Shown one piece after another: positions 1 to 9,026 of a DNA stretch of 64,000 bases. The notes below the pieces were generated by a model, which was not told the origin of the DNA, ran no database searches, and saw only the letters and a program-made list of their open reading frames with translations. Made by a program: the position numbers and the translations under genes. Origin of the DNA: Treponema sp. (GTDB lineage: Bacteria > Spirochaetota > Spirochaetia > Treponematales > Treponemataceae); NCBI GenBank assembly GCA_016293005.1, contig JAEDFA010000003.1, positions 3,150-67,149 of the forward strand. Reading direction: 5' to 3'. Numbering within the stretch: position 1 is the first letter of the stretch; each line of letters begins with the position of its first letter.

Positions 1-1
1 C

Positions 2-412
2 AAGCCGTTTTTTAAGCTTCACTATTATCAGACAAGCGGAATTAATCCTAGAGTTGAAGAAGGTGTGTGTGCCTGTGCTCAGATAAAACTTGAGGTTGAA
101 AATCAGATTGAAGTTACGGCAGGAGAAGGTGATGGACCTGTAAACGCTTTAGATATTGCCCTTAGAAAAGCGCTCAGCCGTTTTTATCCTGCAGTAAATC
201 AGATTCGTCTTACAGATTACAAAGTTAGAGTTTTAGATGGAAAGAGTGCAACTGCGTCAAAGGTTCGCGTTCTTATTGAATCAAGTGACGGAAAAAATAC
301 CTGGACAACTGTTGGCGTAAGCTGTGATGTTATGGAAGCAAGCTGGCTTGCTCTTTGTGATTCTTTTGAATACAAACTGATTAACGATATTGAAAAACAT
401 TTGGGAAAATAG
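2..412 (+). CDS. cimA: Citramalate synthase / LeuA-family, C-terminal regulatory domain (5' truncated by window edge)
   Basis: Frame open from base 2; GEGDGPVNALD...LTDYKVRVL...T.SKVRVLIES.DG..TW.TVGVS motifs typical of the CimA C-terminus; leuB nearby. Confidence 0.85.
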   Translation, partial: KPFFKLHYYQTSGINPRVEEGVCACAQIKLEVENQIEVTAGEGDGPVNALDIALRKALSRFYPAVNQIRLTDYKVRVLDGKSATASKVRVLIESSDGKNTWTTVGVSCDVMEASWLALCDSFEYKLINDIEKHLGK

Positions 413-423
413 GTGGTTTTGTT

Positions 424-1275
424 TTGAAAAAAGGTCTTGTTCTTGAAGGCGGAGCAATGCGTGGAATGTTTACATCCGGCGTTCTTGATGTATTTATGGA
501 AAACGGCATTGTTTTTGACGGTGCTGTTGGAGTAAGTGCAGGAGCAACTTTTGGATGTAACTATAAATCAAAGCAGCCGGGAAGGGCTATCAGGTATAAT
601 AAGCGTTTTTCAAAAAACTGGAAGTACGGCACTTTTCTGTCTTTTTTTCTTACTGGAAACATATATGAAACTGATTTTTGCTATAATCAGATTCCAAATA
701 AACTCGATATTTTTGATGTAGAATCATACAAAAATAACCCGATGGAATTTTATGTTGTTGTAAGTGATGCAGAAAATGGAAAGCCGATATATAAAAAACT
801 TTTAAAAGGGGATGAAAACGATCTTAAGTGGATGCAGGCAAGTGCAAGTATGCCTTTAGTTTCTCGTCCGGTAAAAGTTGACGGCTATACACTATTAGAC
901 GGCGGAATGACAGATTCAGTTCCTTTAAAATTTTTTGAAAGTCTTGGTTACGATAGAAATGTCGTTATTTTGACTCAGCCTAGAAATTTTGTAAAAAAGC
1001 AGACAAGTTCACTTCCTTTAATAAAAATTATGCTCAAAAAATATCCTCGCCTTGTTGAAGCAATGTCTTTACGCCATGAAGTTTATAACGAAGAGACAAA
1101 ATATTGTTTTCAAAAGGCCGATAAAGGTGAAGTTCTTGTTATATGTCCTGAAAAATCTCTTGGAATAAGCCGCACAGAAAAAAATCCGTCAGAACTTGAA
1201 AGAGTATATCAGGAAGGTCGGAAAACTGCTGAAAATATTCTTGAAAAAGTAAAGATTTTTTTAGAAGAAAAATAA
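424..1275 (+). CDS. Patatin-like phospholipase family protein
   Basis: LEGGAMRG, GVSAG nucleophile motif, DGG motif; TTG start. Confidence 0.9.
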   Translation: MKKGLVLEGGAMRGMFTSGVLDVFMENGIVFDGAVGVSAGATFGCNYKSKQPGRAIRYNKRFSKNWKYGTFLSFFLTGNIYETDFCYNQIPNKLDIFDVESYKNNPMEFYVVVSDAENGKPIYKKLLKGDENDLKWMQASASMPLVSRPVKVDGYTLLDGGMTDSVPLKFFESLGYDRNVVILTQPRNFVKKQTSSLPLIKIMLKKYPRLVEAMSLRHEVYNEETKYCFQKADKGEVLVICPEKSLGISRTEKNPSELERVYQEGRKTAENILEKVKIFLEEK

Positions 1276-1386
1276 CAGTTTCTTTTTTTATAAACTGAAA
1301 ATTACATATTTTTCAATCGGAATTGAAAATTGATTTGCAATTTATTATTATAAAATGTATTGAATATAAAAATTAGGGGTACATAA

Positions 1387-2481
1387 ATGGAAAAAACTAT
1401 TGCTTTAATTCCTGGAGACGGAATTGGACCTGATGTTGTAAAAGAAGCGGTAAATGTTCTTGATGCCGTTGCAAAAAAGTTCGGTCACAAATGGAATTAC
1501 ACAAATGTTCTTGCAGGAGGCTGTGCAATCGATAAATTCGGTCATCCTCTTCCTCAGGATCAGCTTGAAATCTGTCTAAAATCTGATGCGGCTTTGCTCG
1601 GCGCTGTCGGAGGTCCAAAATGGGATAACCTTCCTTCAGAAATTCGTCCTGAAAAAGCGCTTTTAGGTCTTAGAGGCGGAATGAAAGTTTTTGCAAATCT
1701 TCGTCCTGCTGTAATGTGGAAGCAGTTAAAAGATGCTTGTCCTTTAAAAGATGAAATTGTCGGCGATGGTCTTGATATTTTAATCGTGCGAGAACTTACA
1801 GGCGGAATTTATTTCGGTGAAAGAGGAACGAGCGAAGATCAGAATACTGCATGGGATACAGAAAAATATACTCGTCCAGAAATCGAACGCATTGTGAGAA
1901 TGGGTTTTGAATACGCAATGAAAAGACAGAAAAGGCTCTGCGTTGTAGACAAGGCAAATATTTTAAACTCAAGTCAGCTTTGGCGGCGTGTTGCAGAAGA
2001 TGTAAAAAAAGATTATCCGGAAGTAACTCTTTCATATCTTTATATTGACAATGCTTCTATGCAGTTAGTAAGAAATCCTAGACAGTTTGATGTAATTGCA
2101 ACTTCAAATATGTTCGGCGATATTCTTTCTGATGAAGCAAGCCAGATTACAGGTTCAATTGGAATGCTCGCATCTGCTTCTTTAGGCGATGGAAAAGGGC
2201 CTGGTCTTTATGAACCGATTCACGGCTCTGCTCCTGATATTGCGGGAAAAGATCTTGCTAATCCTCTGGCAACAATTCTTTCTGCTGCAATGCTTTTGCG
2301 ATACAGTTTTAATCTTGAAACAGAAGCAAAAGCTATTGAAAATGCCGTAAATTCTGTTCTAGATGACGGCTGGAGAACTGGTGATATTGCCGGAAGCCAC
2401 ATCGAAGAAGTTAAAAAGAACGGAAAACTCGTTGGTACAAAGAAAATGGGTTCTCTCGTTGTTGAATACTTGAATAAATAA
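1387..2481 (+). CDS. leuB: 3-isopropylmalate dehydrogenase
   Basis: PGDGIGP, GAVGGPKW, VRELTGGIYFG, NMFGDILSD, EPIHGSAPDIAGK. Confidence 0.97.
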   Translation: MEKTIALIPGDGIGPDVVKEAVNVLDAVAKKFGHKWNYTNVLAGGCAIDKFGHPLPQDQLEICLKSDAALLGAVGGPKWDNLPSEIRPEKALLGLRGGMKVFANLRPAVMWKQLKDACPLKDEIVGDGLDILIVRELTGGIYFGERGTSEDQNTAWDTEKYTRPEIERIVRMGFEYAMKRQKRLCVVDKANILNSSQLWRRVAEDVKKDYPEVTLSYLYIDNASMQLVRNPRQFDVIATSNMFGDILSDEASQITGSIGMLASASLGDGKGPGLYEPIHGSAPDIAGKDLANPLATILSAAMLLRYSFNLETEAKAIENAVNSVLDDGWRTGDIAGSHIEEVKKNGKLVGTKKMGSLVVEYLNK

Positions 2482-2539
2482 ATTCAGGCACTTTTGTAAT
2501 TATGGAATGCTATTTTTTTTAGCATTCCATGGGTGTTTT

Positions 2540-3106
2540 ATGAAAAATATTTACGCACAACTTTTTTTGACATTTGCAAAAATCGGTTCATTTACTTTTG
2601 GGGGCGGAATTGCAATGCTTCCTATGCTTTCAACTGAACTTGTTGAAAAACGAAAATGGATTACTGATGATGAACTTTTAGATTATTATGCAGTCGGTCA
2701 GTCAACTCCCGGAATTATTGCCGTAAATGTTGCAACTTTTTCAGGCTACAAAAAAGGCGGCGTTTTCGGTGGAATTTGCGCAACTTTAGGAATGATTTTT
2801 CCGTCTGTCCTTATAATTTCGATTCTTGCGACTTTAATAAACTCTATCGACCAGTTTCCGCTTGTTCAAAGCGCGTTAAAGGGGATAAATGTTGCAGTTT
2901 GTGCTTTGCTATGCGATGCTTCAATTACTTTTTCAAAAAAATCTGTAAAAAAAGCGTATCAGGTTGTTCTTCTTTTAATTTCGTTTGCGTTGATTTATTT
3001 TTTTAATATTCCTTCGTTCGTAATAATTCTTATGGCTGTTTTTTTCGGTGTAATCTGGTATTTTATTCAGAAAAAAATAAATAAATCTGGAGAGAAAAAT
3101 GCCTGA
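2540..3106 (+). CDS. Chromate transporter (short-chain CHR), first subunit
   Basis: KIGSFTFGGG, GQSTPG motifs; hydrophobic; start moved to ATG 2540 after GGGTG. Confidence 0.88.
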   Translation: MKNIYAQLFLTFAKIGSFTFGGGIAMLPMLSTELVEKRKWITDDELLDYYAVGQSTPGIIAVNVATFSGYKKGGVFGGICATLGMIFPSVLIISILATLINSIDQFPLVQSALKGINVAVCALLCDASITFSKKSVKKAYQVVLLLISFALIYFFNIPSFVIILMAVFFGVIWYFIQKKINKSGEKNA

Positions 3107-3680
3107 AATCAGTTTACTTGAATTGTTTTTGACTTTTTTTTATATCGGACTTTTTACAATCGGAGGTGGACTTGTTGCAATTACTTTGATGCAGCAGACG
3201 ATTGTTGAAAAAGGTTTTATTTCTGTTGACGAATTTTACAATATGATTGCCATTTCCGAAAGTACACCCGGACCTGTAGGTGTAAATATGGCAACATTTT
3301 TAGGATATAAATTTTATGGGCCGTTAGGAGCTATTTTTGCTTCAATTGCGGAAGTTCTTCCATCGCTTATCTGTATTTTGATTATTGCGCGTTTTATTTT
3401 AAAATTTCGGGAAAATGCTGTTGTTCAGACTGTTTTTTCGTTTTTACGGCCGTGCGCTACCGGAATGATTTTTGTAATCGCTGTTCAGATGTGTACTTCG
3501 ATTTTATTGAATCTGCCGTCTGAATTAAAACTTTTTTTAGTCCGCTCTTCCTGGAAAGAATTTTTCAACTGGATGAATATTTCTCTTTTTCTTCTGATGT
3601 TTTATTTAAGGCGCAGGTTTAAGCTTCATCCGATTTTTATAGTTCTGCTTGGAGCTCTGTTCGGCATTGCTTTTTACTGA
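3099..3680 (+). CDS. Chromate transporter (short-chain CHR), second subunit
   Basis: IGLFTIGGG, SESTPGP motifs; overlaps first subunit; GGAG RBS. Confidence 0.88.
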   Translation: MPEISLLELFLTFFYIGLFTIGGGLVAITLMQQTIVEKGFISVDEFYNMIAISESTPGPVGVNMATFLGYKFYGPLGAIFASIAEVLPSLICILIIARFILKFRENAVVQTVFSFLRPCATGMIFVIAVQMCTSILLNLPSELKLFLVRSSWKEFFNWMNISLFLLMFYLRRRFKLHPIFIVLLGALFGIAFY

Positions 3681-3743
3681 CGGTTATTAATGAAAAAAAT
3701 ATTTCATTAGTATTTTTTTTCTATTTATGGTATAATTTTTTTT

Positions 3744-4448
3744 ATGAGTACACATATAAATGCCAAAGATGGTGCAATTTCAGATAAAATTTTACTTCCC
3801 GGTGATCCTTTAAGGGCTAAATTTATTGCAGAAAATTTTTTAGAAAACGCTGTCTGTTATAATGAAGTTAGGGGAATGCTCGGTTTTACGGGTTTTTATA
3901 AAGGTCAAAAAATTTCTGTTCAGGGAACGGGGATGGGGCAGCCTTCGTTATCCATTTATGTGAATGAACTTTTTAACTTTTACGGCGTTCAAAAAGCAAT
4001 CAGAATCGGTACAATAGGTTCAATTCAAAAAGAGTTAAAATGCCGCGATATTATTCTTGCAAATGCCGCTTGTTCTGATTCTTCTTTAATCAATCAAAGA
4101 TTTAAAAATATGCATTATGCGCCTTCTTCGGATTTTTCGCTTTTGTATAATGCTTATAACAAGGCAAAAGAATTAAACATAAAAACTTCTGTTGGTCCTG
4201 TAGTTTCTTCTGATTTGTTCTACGACGATAATCAAAACTGGAAACTTTGGGCAGAATACGGAGTTCTTGGTTGTGAAATGGAAAGTGCAGAACTTTTTAC
4301 GCTTGCTGCAAAATATTCAAGAAAAGCGCTTTCAATTTTTACGGTAAGCGATGAAATTCTAACAGGAAAGAAAACCTCACCGGAAGAAAGACAGACTTCT
4401 TTCAAAGATATGATGATTCTTGCACTCGAAACTATAATCATGAACTAA
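3744..4448 (+). CDS. deoD: Purine-nucleoside phosphorylase
   Basis: LLPGDPLRAKFIA, GTGMGQPS, EMES motifs. Confidence 0.96.
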   Translation: MSTHINAKDGAISDKILLPGDPLRAKFIAENFLENAVCYNEVRGMLGFTGFYKGQKISVQGTGMGQPSLSIYVNELFNFYGVQKAIRIGTIGSIQKELKCRDIILANAACSDSSLINQRFKNMHYAPSSDFSLLYNAYNKAKELNIKTSVGPVVSSDLFYDDNQNWKLWAEYGVLGCEMESAELFTLAAKYSRKALSIFTVSDEILTGKKTSPEERQTSFKDMMILALETIIMN

Positions 4449-4553
4449 AGATATTTTTTTTAGGTTTTAAAAGTTGATGTAAAAAAATGAAAAGTCCGTT
4501 AAGTTTTTTCGGATTTTTATGATATAAAAAGAAGTATTTTATTTGGAGATGTT

Positions 4554-5462
4554 ATGAAACCAACACTTTTAGTTTTAGCTGCTGGAATGGGAAGCCGTTA
4601 TGGCGGAGTTAAGCAGATTGATTCTGTTGGAAAAAACGGCGAATGTCTTTTGGATTTTTCAACTTATGATGCTAAAAAAAGCGGCTTTGGGAAAGTTGTA
4701 TACATTATAAGAAAAGATATTGAAAAAGATTTTCGCGAAAAACTTTTTGACAGAGTTGCAGATAATTTCAATGCCGAATATGTTTTTCAGTCGCGAGAAA
4801 GCCTTTTAAATGAAGAACAGATAAAAAAATCAGAAGGGCGCCTAAAACCATGGGGAACTGCTCATGCAATTTTGTGTGCTCAAAAAGCGATAAACGAACC
4901 TTTTGCCGTAATAAATTCTGATGATTACTACGGGCGGGAAGCGTTTTTAACTCTTTCAAATCATCTTTCGTCCATACAAAATGATTCTACCGTTCACGCG
5001 ATGGTTTGTTATGTTCTTGGAAATACGATGAGTAAAAGCGGTTCTGTAAGCAGGGGAGTTTGCAGTTTTAACGGTGAAAACTTATCTTCAATAGAAGAAA
5101 ACTTAAAAATCTATTACGAAGGCTCAAAAATTATCAGTGAAATGTCAGGCAAAAAAATTGAGATGACTGGAAAAGAACTTGTCAGCATGAATTTATTCGG
5201 CTTTTCGCCAAAAGCATTTGAACAGTTTGACGAATATTGGAACAATTTTATAAAAGACAATATTTCTCAGGAAAAAACTGAAGCGCTTTTGCCTGTCGCT
5301 GCAAGTGAAATCATTAAAAACAAAAAAGGCTCAATTAAGATTTTTACATCTTCTGAAAACTGGTTTGGAATGACTTACCCTGAAGACCGTGAAATCGTAA
5401 AATCAGAGATAAACAAAAAAATTCGCTCTGGATATTATCCTGAAAAACTTTGGGAAAAATAA
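4554..5462 (+). CDS. Sugar-phosphate nucleotidyltransferase family protein
   Basis: LAAGMGSRYGG.KQ, KPWGTAHA, INSDDYYG. Confidence 0.85.
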   Translation: MKPTLLVLAAGMGSRYGGVKQIDSVGKNGECLLDFSTYDAKKSGFGKVVYIIRKDIEKDFREKLFDRVADNFNAEYVFQSRESLLNEEQIKKSEGRLKPWGTAHAILCAQKAINEPFAVINSDDYYGREAFLTLSNHLSSIQNDSTVHAMVCYVLGNTMSKSGSVSRGVCSFNGENLSSIEENLKIYYEGSKIISEMSGKKIEMTGKELVSMNLFGFSPKAFEQFDEYWNNFIKDNISQEKTEALLPVAASEIIKNKKGSIKIFTSSENWFGMTYPEDREIVKSEINKKIRSGYYPEKLWEK

Positions 5463-5478
5463 TTTTGGAAATAATAAT

Positions 5479-7971
5479 ATGCTTACATTAAAATTTGGTG
5501 GAACTTCGATGGCCGATGCAGAGTGCATTTCGGCTTCAGCAAAAATTATAATTGGTCGTGCGGAAAAAGACAGAGTGAGCGTAATCGCATCTGCTGCTTC
5601 CGGGGTGTCAAATTTTTTGCAGGACAGTATTGATGCCTGCATAAAAGGTGAATCTGTTGAAAAATTCGTTCAGGAATTAAAGCAGAAGCATTATTCAATC
5701 TGCAATTCCCTTGTAAAACTTCATCCTGATTTCAATATTCAGCATGTTTTAGATAAAATCGATGGAATTTTTACTGAATATGAAAAACTTTTAAATGGAG
5801 TAGTCGCTTTTTCAGAATGCCCTGACACAATTTACTGCAGAATTATGGGAATGGGCGAACTTCTTTCAAATCCTATTCTTGAAGAAGTTTTAAAATCAGA
5901 AAAACAGAATGCAATTCTTCTTGATACGCGGGATTTTATCGTCACTACGGGAAATCAAAAAGAAGGAGACCCGGATTATTCAGTCTGCACGGAAAATTTC
6001 CTTCCTTACCGCGACGGAGAATCTTTTTCTAAATACAGAATTTTAATTTTTCCAGGTTTTGTCTGTTCATGGATTGGCGGTAACGGGAAGAAAGCGGTTC
6101 CGGGACTTTTAGGAAGAAACGGTTCTGATTTTTCAGCGTCAATTGTTGCTTCAAGCCTTTCTTCTTCACGAGTTGAATTTTGGACTGATGTTGACGGAGT
6201 TTATACAGCAGATCCAAGAATCGTAAAAGATGCGATTTTAGTTGATGACATGACTTATGAAGAATCAATGGAACTTGCTTTTTTTGGTTCTAAAGTGCTT
6301 CATCCAAAAACGCTTGCGCCTTTAGTTTCAAAAGGAATAGAGGCGTGGAGTCTTAATTCGCACAATCCGTCAAGCCGGGGAACAAGAATCGGAAAAGGTC
6401 CTTTTGATTCTTCTAGAAAACATTCAATCTGCGGAATTTCATGCCTTAAAAAAGTTTCGATGATTAGCGTAAGCGGAAACGGAATGCGTGGAAGGAGCGG
6501 AATGGCAAGCAGAATTTTTGCTTCAGTTTCAAGTGCAGGCATTTCAATTCTTTTGATTACTCAGTCGTCAAGTGAATATACAATTTCTTTCTGCGTAAAA
6601 GATGAACAGGCTTATAAAGTTCAGGATGTGCTTGAAGCAGAACTTTCTTTAGAAATTCGCGACGGACTTATAAATCCTGTTCAGGTAAAAAAAGACTGTG
6701 CTGTCGTTTCTGTCGTTGGAGACGGAATGATTTCAAACCGTGGAATCGCTGCAAAATTCCTTGATGCAATTTCAAGTCAGGATATAAATATTCTTGCAAT
6801 TGCTCAAGGTTCAAGCGAACGCTGTATTTCTGCTGTAATTTCAGGCTGTGATGGAGATACTGCCGTAAGGGCAATTCATGCGTTTTTCTTCAATACTTCG
6901 CAGACAATAGAAGTTTTTGCTTTTGGCGCTGGAACAATCGGCGGAACATTGCTTGACCAGATTAAAAATCAGCAGAAAAAATTCCTTGAGTCTAACATCG
7001 ATTTAAAAGTAATCTGTATCGCAACCGGTCACAGACTTCTTCTTGATGAAAATGGTCTTGACCTTTCAGACTGGCGAAAAAAACTTTCTGAATCAGAAAA
7101 AGTCCCGAAACTCGATGATATTTTAAAATTTGTCCAGGAAAAAAAATATTTAAATCCTGTGTTTGTGGACTGTACTGCAAGTTACGATTTGCCTGAGCGT
7201 TATCTTGATATTTTAAACTCCGGAATGAGCATTGCAACTCCGAATAAACGGGCAAATTCCATGAAGTATCAGTATTACAAGGAGTTAAGGCATTCTGCAA
7301 ATAAAATGCACAGAAGATTCCTTTATGAGACGAATGTCGGAGCCGGGCTTCCAATTATTGATACTCTTCAAAATCTTTTTAAATCTGGCGATAAATTGAA
7401 GGCATTTTCTGGAATCATGTCGGGTTCACTTTCATATATTTTTGGAAAACTCGATGAGGGTGTTTTGTTCAGTGATGCTGTAATCGGTGCAAGAAATTTA
7501 GGCTTTACCGAACCTGACCCTAGAGATGATTTAAGCGGAATGGATGTCGCAAGAAAGGCTTTGATTATTGCAAGAGAATCTGGAATGGAAGTTGAACTTG
7601 AGGACATAAAAATCAACAGGCTTTTCCCGGACGATTTTGATGATTCTGGTAAAGTTGAACAATTCCTTTCAAATCTTCCAAAAGTCGACAAATATTTTGA
7701 AGAAAAAATCAAGGCGCTTAAAAAAGAAGATAAAGTTCTTCGCATGGGCGCATCAATTGAAGACGGAAAAGTTTCTGTAGGTCTTCTTGAAGTTTCAAAA
7801 GACAATCCTTTGTACGGTGTAAAAGGCGGAGAAAACGCTTTTGTATTTACTACAGACCGTTATAATCCGATTCCACTTACTGTTCGCGGTTATGGAGCCG
7901 GAGCAGAAGTTACGGCTGCTGGAGTTTTCGGTGATATTTTAAGAACTGTAAGTTTTAACGGAGTTCTTTAA
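5479..7971 (+). CDS. thrA: Bifunctional aspartokinase / homoserine dehydrogenase I
   Basis: KFGGTS, LGRNGSD, two ACT domains (QSSSE, QGSSE), YETNVGAGLP, TEPDPRDDLSG, RGYGAG. Confidence 0.96.
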   Translation: MLTLKFGGTSMADAECISASAKIIIGRAEKDRVSVIASAASGVSNFLQDSIDACIKGESVEKFVQELKQKHYSICNSLVKLHPDFNIQHVLDKIDGIFTEYEKLLNGVVAFSECPDTIYCRIMGMGELLSNPILEEVLKSEKQNAILLDTRDFIVTTGNQKEGDPDYSVCTENFLPYRDGESFSKYRILIFPGFVCSWIGGNGKKAVPGLLGRNGSDFSASIVASSLSSSRVEFWTDVDGVYTADPRIVKDAILVDDMTYEESMELAFFGSKVLHPKTLAPLVSKGIEAWSLNSHNPSSRGTRIGKGPFDSSRKHSICGISCLKKVSMISVSGNGMRGRSGMASRIFASVSSAGISILLITQSSSEYTISFCVKDEQAYKVQDVLEAELSLEIRDGLINPVQVKKDCAVVSVVGDGMISNRGIAAKFLDAISSQDINILAIAQGSSERCISAVISGCDGDTAVRAIHAFFFNTSQTIEVFAFGAGTIGGTLLDQIKNQQKKFLESNIDLKVICIATGHRLLLDENGLDLSDWRKKLSESEKVPKLDDILKFVQEKKYLNPVFVDCTASYDLPERYLDILNSGMSIATPNKRANSMKYQYYKELRHSANKMHRRFLYETNVGAGLPIIDTLQNLFKSGDKLKAFSGIMSGSLSYIFGKLDEGVLFSDAVIGARNLGFTEPDPRDDLSGMDVARKALIIARESGMEVELEDIKINRLFPDDFDDSGKVEQFLSNLPKVDKYFEEKIKALKKEDKVLRMGASIEDGKVSVGLLEVSKDNPLYGVKGGENAFVFTTDRYNPIPLTVRGYGAGAEVTAAGVFGDILRTVSFNGVL

Positions 7972-8045
7972 GAAGTAAAAAAAATCTCTGAAAAATTAAA
8001 TTTTAGAGATAACTTTGAATAATTTTTATAAATTTGAGGTGTTGT

Positions 8046-8540
8046 ATGGAAAAATTTGTTCTTTCTGTTTTAGTTCAAAATCATGCAGGTGTTTTAAGCC
8101 GTGTTTCAGGTCTTTTTAGCCGCCGCGGATACAATATTGAATCCCTTACTGTCTGTGAAACTGGAAATCCCGGTCAGTCAAGGATGACAATTGTTGTAAA
8201 TTGCGATGAAAACCTTGTTGACCAGATTCAAAAGCAGCTTTCAAAACTTGAAGAAGTAATTTCAATTAAAGTAAACGATAAATCAAAAACTGCTCAAAGG
8301 GAAATGGCTTTGATAAAGGTAAAGGCACCGGGACAGGAAAGGGCAATTATAATCGGAACTTGCGACATTTACCGCGCACACATTATCGATGTTGCTCCTG
8401 ATTCTGTTATTGTTGAAGCAACAGGAAGCGAAGAAAAAATCTCAAGTTTAATAAGGCTTTTAGAACCGTTTGGAATTCTTGAATATGTAAAAACAGGACT
8501 TACTTCTATGGATCGCGGTTCTGTTGTAATGAACGGTTAA
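8046..8540 (+). CDS. ilvN: Acetolactate synthase small (regulatory) subunit
   Basis: VQNHAGVLSRVSGLFSRRGYNIESL ACT motif; GAGG RBS before ATG 8046. Confidence 0.95.
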   Translation: MEKFVLSVLVQNHAGVLSRVSGLFSRRGYNIESLTVCETGNPGQSRMTIVVNCDENLVDQIQKQLSKLEEVISIKVNDKSKTAQREMALIKVKAPGQERAIIIGTCDIYRAHIIDVAPDSVIVEATGSEEKISSLIRLLEPFGILEYVKTGLTSMDRGSVVMNG

Positions 8541-8980
8541 TTTTTTATCTTGCACCAAATTTCGTCAAAAAAACTCCAGGAAAATGTTTCTTCGTTTTTC
8601 TGGAATTTTGCGATTCTGAATGATTTAAGGTTCATCGGAAATCCTTCAAAAGAAAATTCATGTTTTTCTAAACTTTCAGGCTTTCCGTTTTTAGCTTTAA
8701 ATGTTCCGTAAGTTATTTTTTCTGAAAAAATTTTGTTTTTTAAAATTATTTCTACAGGAAAAAATAACTGTAAATCTTTTAGGACGGCGTTTTTGACGGT
8801 GATTTTTTGTATTTCTTCTTTTAAGTTTTTTTCTTCTGAATAAAAATGGCTTATGTCGATTAAAACTGGTTTTTCTGGAAGAAAATAAAAGTTTTCTAAA
8901 TTAATTTTTTTTAGAATTTCTTTGACTGTGTTTTTAATTCTTACATTTTGGTTTGGATTTAACAAAATTACTGTATTCAC
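8537..8980 (-). CDS. Hypothetical protein
   Basis: 147-aa ORF filling the gap, GTG start, convergent 4-bp stop overlap with ilvN. Confidence 0.65.
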   Translation of the reverse strand: MNTVILLNPNQNVRIKNTVKEILKKINLENFYFLPEKPVLIDISHFYSEEKNLKEEIQKITVKNAVLKDLQLFFPVEIILKNKIFSEKITYGTFKAKNGKPESLEKHEFSFEGFPMNLKSFRIAKFQKNEETFSWSFFDEIWCKIKN

Positions 8981-9026
8981 AGAATTGAATATAGTATTTT
9001 TTTAGAAAAAAATGTAGTATCTTGTT

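Noticed and set aside
7368..7805. 145-aa antisense ORF in thrA and similar S/F/L-rich antisense ORFs (e.g. 41261, 53117, 58315, 62976)
   Set aside because: Antisense shadows of well-conserved genes; no independent motifs or RBS
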